A stretch of 64,000 bases of DNA from Balanoglossus misakiensis (lineage: Eukaryota; Animalia; Hemichordata), in NCBI GenBank assembly GCA_040954595.2, contig CM082584.2, positions 2,201,344 to 2,265,343 of the forward strand, read 5' to 3'. The notes under the pieces were generated by a model. That model was given only the letters and a program-made list of their open reading frames with translations, searched no databases and had not been told where the DNA came from. Positions 13,258 to 24,511 of the stretch are shown piece by piece. Made by a program: the position numbers and the translations under genes. How positions within the stretch are numbered: position 1 is the first letter of the stretch; every line of letters starts with the position of its first letter.

Positions 13258-13482
13258 TTAAATTCAACACATGTAGTACTCTAGAGGCAATTGTACATAA
13301 AGTCGATCGAAAAAACATGACGCCTATTGTATGATGGAATAATCTTGTGCGCACATGAGAGAAGCGGTTTTAAAGGCGTGGATATACCACGTCACACACG
13401 TCACTATATTCGCTCAACAATGGGATAACTACATCGATGGTTGGCTACTTTAGTATTGTATCCGTGGTAATTTTCTCACATA

Positions 13483-16400
13483 TAGGGAGGCCAAAGTGGA
13501 GTATGCAACAATTATGAATTTTAGAATCAAATAAAAAAATAAAATGTGTAATTTGAAACTCTTTCTTCATTTATTTTACAAACATATATACTTTTGGTTA
13601 TTTCTTTAAAATTTCAAGTTATAATCTGCATTGGAAGTGCGTATTTTGCCCATCCAAAAATGCCAGAAATCACCATTTCACTCCCACTTACGCGAGCTGC
13701 AGATTTTCTATGTCAAGCAAGGACGCCCTCATCGACCAGTTTTTAATACACACTAAACTAGGCCGTTCAGCTGGTCACGTATGCTGTACAATGGCGTTTT
13801 GGATTGGCCACAAGATGCCGTAGCGCAAAGATAAATTCACCGCTATAAGCCAATCAGTGCTCATTTAAGATAGTACTTGTTCTCATCTTGCCAATGATGT
13901 AAGTAATACAAGATCTATTGAGAAACACGTCAGCGATCGAGGTATGTAATGTTTGCATAGTTTTTGACTCATTTTTAGCTCGTGTATTGGAGTAATATCG
14001 ACGGTTACTATACTTGGTTGTAAAATATAGCTATTTCTGTACCTTTCAGCCAGGTTTTCTGTCATTTAGGCCAAAAATGTTCGTGCGGTTCCCATTGAAT
14101 GAAAAGTTGACAGGTGCTAGCCGTGAGCGGTACAAGCCAAAATGGCGTCCGTCGCCAAGTCTGTCTCTGATACAACGGGGAGTTACGCATAACTCCATAA
14201 AGTACGTAGAATTTCACACAGTAAATTTTGACTAACACATGTTTGAGATAGTTTTATCAGTAATCATAGTGACAGAGTATACAATTTTGACAGTTAAACA
14301 TCTTTTGTTATGGGCGATAAGACTGTACGATGTGTACATAGCTCTTATGCAGCATGTACATAAGTACAGTTTTAAATCATCAAATACTTTTTCGTTTGCG
14401 CTCTGGTTTATTGGCGAGGTAACGAGCATGTGTTAGCCTCATCAGACACAGAAATATTTCAATTTTCATAATTTTTTTTATATATTTGATAATAGTCATT
14501 TCCTTTTTATTTTAGTGTTCTGTTTAATTACTAACACCTGTGACCAGGTATGCCAGATGCTTGTAACAACACATGTTGTTTAAGTAAGTTTACCAACTTT
14601 TTGTTTCTTTATGTTATTAAACAATTTTATTTTTAAATTTATTATAATCAACCTGCCAATTGCTAGCTTTTCCTATAATGTTTTTTTTTTAATCTGAAAG
14701 ATCTGTTTATACTGGAGCAAGCCAGATTATCACTGATTAGATAGAGATGTTAAATAAAATCAATTTCATGATTTTGTTAGGCCAGAAATTTATTTATGAT
14801 TTATCTTGTCTCATTCTGAAATTTAGATTATTAATGTCAGTCACGTTTTTGTCTTTCAGCTTCTGTTATTTTCCAGGCCATGTCACATGCTGTGTCAAGG
14901 CAGGAGAGCCTCTTAAGAAAGTAGACTTACTTGAGCTAGACTATGCCTGTGATAAGTTCAGTGTGGTTTTACACCGCAGAAAGTATGAACTTTTGCTCAG
15001 TTGTTTACAGACTTACTCAAACATAGAGACAGCACAGAGGACAGAGTTGCAGCTCAGAGCCATTGTACAAAGATTGAAGATAAATTTCAACAAACTTGTG
15101 GATGCTTACAATAAATCACGCTCAACAAGACGTGCTCCAGTTCTTTTTGAAAAACTTCAATGCTTTCTGGGCGAACCGTTTTTGTGGCCAAAACGTACAA
15201 CAAAAGAACTTGATATCACTGACACTGTATGCGATGCTGTAAATAAAGAAGAATATGAAATGCCAAACTCGAGCATGCCACCTCCACCAACATATGATGA
15301 GGTGATCAAAATGGACCTGGAACGTGGAAGGCCTGCTTGCATGATAGGATCCCCACCGCCCTACTCTGATGCTCCTGGTGTTCTTCTTTCTAACAGTAGT
15401 GGCTCAAAGTTTGACACACTTAATAGATCACACCATCGTAGTGGCTTGAGCTATAGTAATTCACCAGAAAAACAACAGTTGAAACTTGAAAAAAAGAAGC
15501 TAGAACGCAAGCTGTGTGCAACAAAAAAACGACTTATAGCAAGTGAGTCTGAACTTGCACAGTCGAGCAGAGTAATTGGTGTCAGGAGTAAGCAGCTACT
15601 GAGAGACAGAGATATAGCATTGGACACTGTTGAAACAGAAAAAAAGAAAGCTGCTGCAGTGAAAGAAGAAGCACAGAAGGAAATCATGAAGTCAAAGGAG
15701 AGGGCTGAAAGACAGATACTGAACATACAAAGCCAAAGTGAAAATCAACTGAGAGACATGCAGCATACCATGAATGAAATTCACAAGAAACTACAACAAC
15801 AGGCAGACGAGAGTGAACAGGTTATTACAGAATGCAGAGACAGGATCAGTGACATGAGAGATAAATTTGATGCATCAGTTAAAAGTGCTGTAAAAGAAAT
15901 AGCCGAAGAAAGAAATCAGTGGAAGGCTGCCACAGAGACACTTCTTGACTTGGCTGATAACAGAGAAGAGCAAACACGGAAAATGACAAAGAAAGTACAG
16001 AGATATGATGCTTTGGTGAAGGAAAAGCGTGTCCTGAATTTGAAATTAATAAAAAAAGATCAACATATAACAAATCTCAAGACGCGTATAGCAGAAGCAA
16101 TGGATGACATTGAAAATTGTAAAGATGCAGCAGCTGTATTCTATGACGGTATAATTGCTGAATTAAATGAACAAATGAAAGAAAAGGAAAACAATGAGGC
16201 CGAGCTACAGAAGAGGATAATGGAACTGACTAGTTTAGAAACACGAGAGAGGGGTTCCCTGTACAAGACTGAAATAAGACTCACATATTATCATCTCCTA
16301 ACATTGGGTGTTAGTGCAAACAACATTGAACCAGTCATTCGTGCAGTGCTAGATAACCTTTCCCCTGTTGATATGAAGAATGTCAAACTACCAAAGAGAT

Positions 16401-19400
16401 CTACTGCTCAACGCATGAGGGTAGAAGCTGGTGTTCTTGCAACGGTGAGGGGGCTGGTTGAACTTGATAAAAGGGATGATAAATCTGTGGCCTACTACTC
16501 TGATAAAAGTCCAAAAGCACAGCTTGAATGGCTCACACATAAGTTCACTTTGTCACCAACACAGGATGAACGCTTTTCTGGATCTAGGACAACTTTCTCT
16601 ATTGGTATCCGTCCCATAGCGGGTGGTAGGTCCCAAGATACGTTAGATGATCTTATATCCCTCATAGATGACCTGCAGAGGATAGCTGCACAACTTGGCA
16701 TTAAGAACCCCGCAGATGTAGTGTCGGTATGTAACATCAAGGCAAAAATGTCCGATAGAGCGGCCACTGAAACCAAGCTCACCAATCTTCTAATAGAGGA
16801 AAAGACACGTGAACTTGAAAATAAACTCTCAAACTGGGATTCTCTGACTGATGCCGAGAGAGAGAGGATGACCCGAGTGTATGCATTTACTTGTGGTGCA
16901 CATAAGGTACATAACACAAGTGAAGCCATGAACAAAGCAGCAATCCACCATTTGTATCGTGGTGATGAAATCTCTGCCAGAGGACTGATAGGAGCAAAGA
17001 AACATATCTATGAGGCAGACAAACTGCTTTGTACTGAGGCGAAAAAAGAATACTCTGAAGGAAAGGATTTTAGAGCATACTGCCTAACAGAAGAAAAAGT
17101 GGCTGAATCTGCTTGCGGGCTGTTTAAACCCATCGTTGGATCTCGGTACCTGGTATATTTTCATTGTTCTATTCCCACATTCATAGGACAGGAGTTCATA
17201 CAGACATTCTTAATCAATGAACGGGAAGCTAAAGGTACATGGAACAGACTTGAAAAGGCTGTTTATGATGGATATTTTGATGACAGAATTCTGGCAGAAG
17301 AACGCACATATGCAATACTGTATACAGAGGTACTGCTTCCATTACTGAGTAAGTGCAAAGTTGCTAAAGATCCCTTGGCCATGAATGAGTGTTACACAAC
17401 TGCTGTAACAAAACTCCGACAGTGGTCTGAAGAACCAGAACTCATCTTCAATGACAACGATCATGTCTGGCCAGATGTCACTTTGCATTATCAAGATTAT
17501 ATGCAGAAAATCAGAGAGAAGCATCATACAGATGACTTAGTCATTGAGCTTCTGAAAGTATGTTGCAAAGCTGGTGCACAAAAACTCAAAGACCATGCCA
17601 GAGAGCATCTTCCAGGTGGCTTGTATGGTGACCCGTCTTTGGCGCAACAGAAAGCCGCCAGTCTCATATCGACTGCAACAAATGACACTTGTGAAAGTGA
17701 TTTCGGAATGTTGAGTCAGCAGCATAACTTTGCGCCATCGAGTAACCCACTGTCACTTGGAGCTATTGTGATGGCCAAGAGAGACCACAGTGCCGAGTGG
17801 GCTATACAACAAGACCCAGAAGATAGGAAAAGAGTAGTTTCTGTAGCAAGGATGGAGGCAATCAGGGCTATGAAAAAATATGGAACACGTGATCAACAAC
17901 TGAGCACTATATTCCGGCAGAGAGAAGCCCGAAAACAAGTACAGCGAGAAAGGCGGAGAGCTGCTCGTTTAAAAAAGGATCAGAAGAAACGTCAGGTGAA
18001 AGGAGCTCTGCAAGAAGGACAGTTAATCGACAGCATTTCTGAAATCAAAACAGCCTCTACAAAAGTCTGCACCATACAAATTCAAATGTGGGCACAACTG
18101 GCAGAATTTGGAGTAGCAGTGCATGCCAAGGAAAAGTTAGTCGGTAGAAGTAAAGTGACCACTGTCAGCGGCAAACGAAAATTGTTGATGGCCCTTGTAA
18201 ATGCAAATCGGTCAATAAAAGCATCAATCCAGCGTGCCATGTCTTGTTCCTCTGGAAGTGACACTGTACCGGTAATTAACACAGTACCTCCACCGGGTGA
18301 GTCTTCCTCTGATGACTATGATATGGAAGATGACCTGCCCTTGCATTCATTCACTGGGGTTCCTTCGACCAGTTGGAAGAGAATGGAAACAAATAATGGC
18401 GTTGACTCTGAGGACGATGATGTGCCACTGATTCAACTGAAAGTGCGTAGCTCGTCTCACACGGAGGACACGCATGTTCCAACTGACGCCGCTGGTAACA
18501 GACGTTTAGTGAACAGTCAATCCCATTAGGCAGTGCTCACACAAGATGGCGGCGACCATGAATGGTACAATTGACTATTGCATGATTTGAAATCAAAATT
18601 TGTACTAGTAATAAGCATCTAAATTGATATTTTAATGGCTTACACTGTTACAGCTGTTCCATTATGTATACAATTCATATTCTGCGCAGTTTAATGCATC
18701 TTAACTGGTAAAAATATCGCCAGTCCTTTTTTCTGCGTGTTCCCCATAGACAATGCATACATGACCTTTGACCTCTAGAGCATATTTTGTTACCAAAAAT
18801 GCCAATATTTACCTGTTTATTTGAAAGTGATTGCAGTTATTATTAATCAATCACTTTGTATTATTAAACAAGCATATGCATACTCTTCCTAAATTTGCTA
18901 AGAATTTTTTTTGAAAATGATAAATTTCCATGATACAGACCTGCAAAGTTTGGGAAATGACCCATGACCCAAAACATAATTTGCATATTTTTCGGCAAAT
19001 TTGAATTAATTAACCAGATTTTTCGATTCCATTCATCATTAATATGGTTCATGCAAATTATGTATGATTTTTACCGTTATAGCTGTAAAAATAAAAAAAG
19101 CATTTTTTTTTACATGAAAACAACAATTATTTTGAAAAAAACAGCTAAAACTAATAATTTTGACCCAAATATACAATTCTTGTGGTGGTAATTGTGTTTC
19201 ATTATTTGTGAAATATTGTTAAAAAACACTTTTGTGATGAAAAACAATGACTTTCATGTATTGTAGTTGTTGCCTTGTGGAAATACAGCTGTTCAAAGAT
19301 GGCATTTTGTTTGTTTTGTCATTCTTAAATTTTATAGCGCAATTTGCAAAATCGTCAATTTTACACCCCTAAAAAACAAATTTCTGAATGTTGTGAAGTT

Positions 19401-19543
19401 GCATTTTTATTTTTACTACCAAATGCAATACCATAGATACAGAAAAGGCTTAAATCATGACAAGATAAATGATAATATTTAAAATGTGGGGCAGTAAATA
19501 TTGCAAATTGTCATGTTTTGCATTTATTGCTTTGGCCTCCCTA
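13483..19543 (+). mobile_element. Complete autonomous-looking hAT-superfamily DNA transposon (6061 bp) with 7-bp TSD, hATw-like
   Basis: Perfect 14-bp TIR TAGGGAGGCCAAAG (13483-13496) / CTTTGGCCTCCCTA (19530-19543), with ATGCAA matching 6 bp further in at both ends. TSD TCACATA at 13476-13482 and 19544-19550. One long internal ORF. Confidence 0.88.
14747..18529 (+). CDS. DDE transposase, hAT-like, with PPxY motifs and a long coiled-coil N-terminal region
   Basis: 1260-aa open frame inside the TIRs. Candidate triad YSDKS / MSDRAA / CESDFG with CxxH (FTCGAH) after the second Asp. The first ~44 codons look intronic (pyrimidine tract and TTTTCCAG acceptor at ~14877), so the true start is probably in an upstream exon. 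Confidence 0.8.
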   Translation: MLNKINFMILLGQKFIYDLSCLILKFRLLMSVTFLSFSFCYFPGHVTCCVKAGEPLKKVDLLELDYACDKFSVVLHRRKYELLLSCLQTYSNIETAQRTELQLRAIVQRLKINFNKLVDAYNKSRSTRRAPVLFEKLQCFLGEPFLWPKRTTKELDITDTVCDAVNKEEYEMPNSSMPPPPTYDEVIKMDLERGRPACMIGSPPPYSDAPGVLLSNSSGSKFDTLNRSHHRSGLSYSNSPEKQQLKLEKKKLERKLCATKKRLIASESELAQSSRVIGVRSKQLLRDRDIALDTVETEKKKAAAVKEEAQKEIMKSKERAERQILNIQSQSENQLRDMQHTMNEIHKKLQQQADESEQVITECRDRISDMRDKFDASVKSAVKEIAEERNQWKAATETLLDLADNREEQTRKMTKKVQRYDALVKEKRVLNLKLIKKDQHITNLKTRIAEAMDDIENCKDAAAVFYDGIIAELNEQMKEKENNEAELQKRIMELTSLETRERGSLYKTEIRLTYYHLLTLGVSANNIEPVIRAVLDNLSPVDMKNVKLPKRSTAQRMRVEAGVLATVRGLVELDKRDDKSVAYYSDKSPKAQLEWLTHKFTLSPTQDERFSGSRTTFSIGIRPIAGGRSQDTLDDLISLIDDLQRIAAQLGIKNPADVVSVCNIKAKMSDRAATETKLTNLLIEEKTRELENKLSNWDSLTDAERERMTRVYAFTCGAHKVHNTSEAMNKAAIHHLYRGDEISARGLIGAKKHIYEADKLLCTEAKKEYSEGKDFRAYCLTEEKVAESACGLFKPIVGSRYLVYFHCSIPTFIGQEFIQTFLINEREAKGTWNRLEKAVYDGYFDDRILAEERTYAILYTEVLLPLLSKCKVAKDPLAMNECYTTAVTKLRQWSEEPELIFNDNDHVWPDVTLHYQDYMQKIREKHHTDDLVIELLKVCCKAGAQKLKDHAREHLPGGLYGDPSLAQQKAASLISTATNDTCESDFGMLSQQHNFAPSSNPLSLGAIVMAKRDHSAEWAIQQDPEDRKRVVSVARMEAIRAMKKYGTRDQQLSTIFRQREARKQVQRERRRAARLKKDQKKRQVKGALQEGQLIDSISEIKTASTKVCTIQIQMWAQLAEFGVAVHAKEKLVGRSKVTTVSGKRKLLMALVNANRSIKASIQRAMSCSSGSDTVPVINTVPPPGESSSDDYDMEDDLPLHSFTGVPSTSWKRMETNNGVDSEDDDVPLIQLKVRSSSHTEDTHVPTDAAGNRRLVNSQSH

Positions 19544-19903
19544 TCACATACCGAGGTGACAGTGAACGGTATTGTAGACAATTTTCATGTTTTCCACTTT
19601 AATGTATTCCTGATGATAATCTCAGTATAAGAGTAGCAGTGTTTAACAACTTCATTATCTTGCCATAGACATGTCATTTCGAGGAAAGTGACAATGATCA
19701 CAAATCATAACAGTTTTGAATTCTGTTATTAAATGTCAGAATATACGTTCAATCTATGTACCATCAGTTGCCAACACTATAAATACTTGAAGTTAATGTA
19801 GACAATACACGTTTTTAAATTAACGTGCACATTCTAGTTCAGATTTAGAACTGTACTGCCAACACAAGATCTTAATCATGTTTGTAAATGCCATGTGTTT
19901 CAG

Positions 19904-20095
19904 CCCAAGAGCTTATATCCCTGATCGAAAATGAGTTGAAACTTTCCAACTATGAAACAACGTGGCTGGAAGCAAAAAGAGCATGTGAGCAGGACAGTGG
20001 GCATCTGTTGAGGTTTTACGACCAAGAGACCATGAATATAGTTGTCAGCTTTATAGCGTTATTGGTTTGGCGAGGTGATGTCCTACCACATTCCG
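19904..20095 (+). CDS. C-type lectin domain 1, N-terminal exon
   Basis: TTTCAG acceptor and G|GTAAA donor. Encodes TWLEAKRACEQDSGHLL, the CTLD W..A...C....G.L motif. Confidence 0.75.
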
Positions 20096-20265
20096 GTAAA
20101 GAGTAATAGAGTACCCAACTTTGTCATTACTGCTTGTTCATACGAACGATGTCTTCTCACTCAGAAGTATAATTGTTGTAATAATCAACATGACTTTTAA
20201 AGTAAACAAATCTACATGTATTACTCAACGTTCAACATGCTTTTCCTCTTTGCAATGGTTTACAG

Positions 20266-20410
20266 AATTCGTTTGGATCGACGCCAATGATAGAGAGACT
20301 AATGGTCACTTTGTTCACTCAGACGGTTCGAGTATAGATAGAAGTATCGCAGTAATGGATTTGGTGTTTGGAACAGACACCAATTACGGTGCACATTGTG
20401 GTGTAATATG
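20266..20410 (+). CDS. C-type lectin domain 1, core exon
   Basis: TTACAG acceptor and TG|GTAATG donor. Encodes EFVWIDANDRETNGHFVHSDGS...HCGVI; phase matches the previous exon. Confidence 0.75.
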
Positions 20411-21839
20411 GTAATGTTGTTTTAATTTTAAAGGGGTCTGACCTGACCTGCGTGTTGTGCGATTTATATTTGCAACGAGATCTCTATTGGCGAGGCCTTT
20501 GATGTAGAACGGCTAATATGACAGAACCCCACGACCAGATGGATCAAGCGCGGTATTTGAACGAGTGCTGGTGGTGTATTCTGTTGCAGCACGATCTCGC
20601 CATCGGGTTCTGTTATTATTACATATGATACTCCCATTTTAGACGAAAACATCGAAAACACCATAAGAACACCATCCGAAAATTAAAGAAACGAGATCAG
20701 GCAACGATATTGGTTGTTTCGTGGACAGGTCACACTACGATGATATCACAATTTTTTATAGGCTAGTTACACCACACTCCCATCTTTCATTGGACAATGT
20801 TGTTTACTAGTCATACAACTAGTGGCACCCAGAAATGTATACATCGCCATGCCAGAGGAACATACATTGTATAACGACATAACAAGATAATTGAAAAGAT
20901 TCCTACAACACAACCTGAAAAACCTGTCCTAAATATCAGCAAGTAACCTAGCACAACGACTGCGACTTTCACAGATGTCGGCATCAGTATGTCGCAAACA
21001 GGATACTGCAAGTGTCAGATGAAGAAACGGGGTGTAAACGTAAACGGCAGGCCATATGTAATATATGTAATATAGCTTTATCAATACCAGTGAATTTTGA
21101 GACGTCATAGCTATACATTATTACTTATAATGTATCGTGTTATTCGATGGACGCGCGACGCGCCCAAGAACCAGTGGACGTGTACAATTTCCGACTGAAT
21201 AACGGAGGATTTCGAACAATGCGAACATTTTAAGGGGTAAAAAAAGAAATGCAAACATAAACAGAATAAATACGGCGATATTTATTAATTTCCAAACCCG
21301 ACCTCGAACGGCGATTTGTTAATTTTTTTCTTCCTACTGCGTCGGTACATGTCGTCTGCTCTTGAATCACGCGCAGTCAACATGGCTCGCTCACGCACGT
21401 AAAGCAAACCTCTCGATGATGATGCTGGATTTGACATTCGTTCACCATACATACCGTGTACCATGTACCAAGCAGTCATGTCAACGAAGCTATACGTAAA
21501 ACAATTATGCCGCAAGTGTCACTGTCATGTTGTCTACGTGGTACGGAAGGTCGATCGAGGGCGAGTTTGTTTATGTATTGCAACCTTCGGAGCGCCCGTA
21601 TACGTGAACTTTCCCGAGAACGCAAACGAATTTTTACTCGTTGCGGATTTAATTTTGAAATTCAGTAAAACGGAATTTGAAAACAGGTAAAAAGCAACAT
21701 GCTTTACTAAAAAAAAACGGTTATCCATTCCACTTTTTGTTGCATCCACTATAAACTAAACCTATCACAAGCAAGAAGTCATAGTTGTCCGGCCTGACAT
21801 CAATTCTATTTTTTACGTCAATAAAGGTTTTCTGTAAAG

Positions 21840-21977
21840 AGTATTGTGGATAGATGGTACGCATTTGCATACAGAGGATAAATGGACGCACTATGATGGG
21901 ACACCACTGACTTACTTACCATGGGCGGACCACCAGCCATACGGTAGCCCTTGGAGAACATGTATTCGAGCGGATTT
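21840..21977 (+). CDS. C-type lectin domain 2, core exon (acceptor uncertain)
   Basis: Encodes VLWIDGTHLHTEDKWTHYDGTPLTYLPWADHQPYGSPWRTCIRAD, then TT|GTAATT. Confidence 0.7.
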
Positions 21978-22210
21978 GTAATTATTTATTTGTCTTCACC
22001 AAACCATGTTTCCCTAGCAGAATATTGGTGAATGTAACACCATCACAATTAGACACTCTAACGCAATGTATCCACAGTAAACAGTTTCGTCTGCACAAGG
22101 TGTACTGCTATGTTAACTAGAAAATGTACAGTGACTGCGCGTCCGTGATCTGTTGTCTCCATCTATAAGTAGAGCACATATGTGCATCAAGTTGAGTAAG
22201 GATGTGTAGC

Positions 22211-22513
22211 TTAGGCCGACGATCATCTTATGCGCATGTGCGTACTTTCGTATGTACAAACAATACGTCCAACCCAAATGTTCTGCAAAGTTTGCCTTTG
22301 GCACATTCAAATAGTTGGCTGCATCCGCATCCTTTCTTATTGCATGGGCGCCGAATATGAGACTTTAGATTTGTCCCTTCGTTTAATCCAATTTGTTGTC
22401 TGTTCCTGATCTCCAACACAGACTAGTCTCCGCCATCTTGTCTGTTGTTATAACAGCATACTGCCCGAGTCTCTAGTTTGGCTCATGCGCATAAGGCGTT
22501 CGTCGCCCTTTAA
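22211..22513. mobile_element. Intronic MITE, possibly Kolobok-type
   Basis: CGACGATCATCTTATGCGCATG at the left versus CATGCGCATAAGGCGTTCGTCGCCCTTTAA at the right. The left terminus is degenerate. Confidence 0.45.
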
Positions 22514-22626
22514 TGAAGCCTAAGGAATGTGACACAATTCAGATTCAGCTGATAACATGTTTTAATGATTTTTCCTGATAATCGTATTGAACAGAATTAG
22601 TAACGATTTTTTATTGTAATTTTTAG

Positions 22627-22688
22627 AGCCACAAAATTGTACATTTTGGATGATTGTCTACTTTAACGAAGATTTGTCTGTCGATATG
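22627..22688 (+). pseudogene. C-type lectin domain 2, last exon, with an in-frame stop
   Basis: TTTTAG acceptor and G|GTAGG donor. Reads (L)ATKLYILDDCLL*RRFVCRY; phases match both neighbours. Confidence 0.65.
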
Positions 22689-23331
22689 GTAGGTGTATAT
22701 GTTAAACTTTATCAAATCGTTCAACAGTAAACCAGAGACTCCCATGCAAATTGGTTAAGCAATACTTTTTGTATGAAGTAAAGACGAATGGCGACCTTTT
22801 AGGATTTTGGTCGGGTTTCTAATGTGTGCAGTTTCATTGTATTGCAAAGTTGTGGCGTAATAATTGTACCATGTTTGTTAATATGTTGAACTCTAAATAG
22901 ATGTAACTTGAGTCACGAACGGTTGCGACATGCAAGTACTGAAATGTCGCCATCTCAGAAAAGAACTGCATCGCCACTTCTTGTATTGGTTCTCTCTTGC
23001 GTGTCTAATAAAACCTTCGTCGCGAGAACGTTACATTATCCACATTACCGGCAGACAAAATAAGTGTAAACGTCCTCCAAAAATAAACGGGAAACACGTT
23101 TTACTAAGAGGTGTATCCGATCTGCACCATCGATTTATTGCAGTTTGAATGAATGATGTTACCAGAAATTGCAATATTCAGCGTGGTAGTTTCTTGTCAG
23201 ATATGGACCTAACATGCTTCAATGAATCACTAATACAAGCCGAAGTAAACATGGCGCCCTTTTGTGACCCAACGCTTCTTTGAATACCACTTATCCTAAA
23301 CCAGTTATATCTTGTGGGTTTTACATTACAG

Positions 23332-23781
23332 GTGAACCAGTGTCGAATACACCTGGGTATACAGACCATGTTAGCTCTGATGTTACTGACACCAGTTATT
23401 CAAAAATGTCAACAGATGTCACAGAAGATACTGGCGCTGATGCTAAATCTGAAACTAGAATGACTGAAACAGAATCCTCGTTAGAGTTAGCCGTAATGCA
23501 GCGATACGAAACGACAGATAACGAAGTTCTGACAGACATCCCTGATTACAAGGGCACTGAGAGCGTGTCTGGTTTCATCTTGAAGGAAAACCCTAGCTAC
23601 TATAACGGCTACAACTGTAGTGCATGGGGGGGGGGGGATTTTGGCGCTATATAAACTTTGTTGCTTGATTGATTGATTGATGGGACTGAACCAGACGTTG
23701 AGGGAGACCACACTGATTCTGTCTCCATATCAACAGATACAATCGACGCCAGCATCTTCTCTCAACATACTGCATGTAAAG
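23332..23781 (+). pseudogene. Ser/Thr/Asp-rich stalk exon interrupted by a retroposon 3' end
   Basis: TTACAG acceptor; GEPVSNTPGYTDHVSSDVTDTS... resumes as DGTEPDVEGDHTDSVSISTDT after the insert. Donor position uncertain. Confidence 0.5.
23582..23680 (+). mobile_element. L2/SINE-type 3' end fragment
   Basis: GGCGCTATATAAACTTTGTTGC(TTGA)4 tail, resembling the tail of the L2 at 54901-55250. The 5' boundary is approximate. Confidence 0.55.
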
Positions 23782-24059
23782 GTCCACTGTGCCAACATTT
23801 CCCAAGCATTAGTGTTGTCGATGGCTATTCGAAAGTGCCCCGCTGTAAGTATAGGCCCACTGTGCTTCACAATCACAATTGTAGAAACAAAACACAATCA
23901 AATAATATAAAATGAGACTGGGCGGCCTTAATATTTTTGAAACACCTGCATGATATCACTTCTTTATTTTGCCAGAGGTCCGTGCATCTTTCTTTCATGG
24001 TTTTGTCTTCTGGCTGCATTTATGGTTGTCTGTGCTAGGCCACGCTGTGCTGCTGATGT

Positions 24060-24061
24060 TG

Positions 24062-24111
<50 letters not shown>
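24060..24111 (+). repeat. (GT)n microsatellite
   Basis: Direct inspection. Confidence 0.95.
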
Positions 24112-24344
24112 CGTGGTTTTTGATTGGCCATTTACCAGTCAATGGTAAAATATATTTGCCTAGTGATTTTATTGAATATATAGATGGTTATGCTCGCAAA
24201 TATATAATACTGTATTTCATAAGTAACCTGAATGGATCCTGCCCACGTCACAAGTAACCCGAATGAATCCTGTCCACGCCTATAGCCCAAGGCCTCATAT
24301 TCTGCACTTTAAGCTTTTTTGCTATCAATTTTTTTTCTTGACAG

Positions 24345-24511
24345 GTGACGAACTCGGTAACAATGACAACACTTTCATGGTTCTAGTCCTAGGCTTTTTC
24401 GCTGCATATCTGGCTGTGCATATTGTGTTGATCCTCGGGATTTCGCGTTTTGTAAGAAACCTAGACCCTGCTCCGAAGTTGAAAAATGACAGAATACTGT
24501 TCTGGCTTTGA
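24345..24511 (+). CDS. Terminal exon: transmembrane helix and short cytoplasmic tail
   Basis: Strong pyrimidine tract plus ACAG. Encodes FMVLVLGFFAAYLAVHIVLILGI followed by SRFVR... and a stop. Confidence 0.7.

Larger units (their letters stand above)
13437..24511 (+). pseudogene. Disrupted host gene: signal peptide, two C-type-lectin-like domains, Ser/Thr/Asp-rich stalk, transmembrane helix, short tail
   Basis: Reconstructed exons: 13437-13482 + 19551-19568 (signal), 19904-20095, 20266-20410, ~21002-21065 (tentative), ~21840-21977, 22627-22688, 23332-~23781, 24345-24511. Most GT/AG phases are compatible. Lesions: hAT insertion, TAA at 22664-22666, retroposon tail in the stalk exon. The N-terminal exon of the second lectin domain was not found. 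Confidence 0.65.

Noticed and set aside
14747-14877. Annotated N-terminus of the 1260-aa ORF (MLNKINFMILLGQKFIY...)
   Set aside because: Looks intronic (T-rich, ends in an acceptor). A faint resemblance to L1/Tx1 ORF2 C-termini is too weak to call.
13483-19543. Academ or P-element assignment
   Set aside because: TAG ends fit Academ, but its TSD is typically 3-4 bp and no Academ-type protein features were seen. No THAP domain or CA-starting TIR for P. The CxxH and C-terminal ESDFG pattern fit hAT better.
20427-20740. Possible TTAA-flanked MITE in a lectin intron
   Set aside because: Only a weak partial inverted match at the right end.
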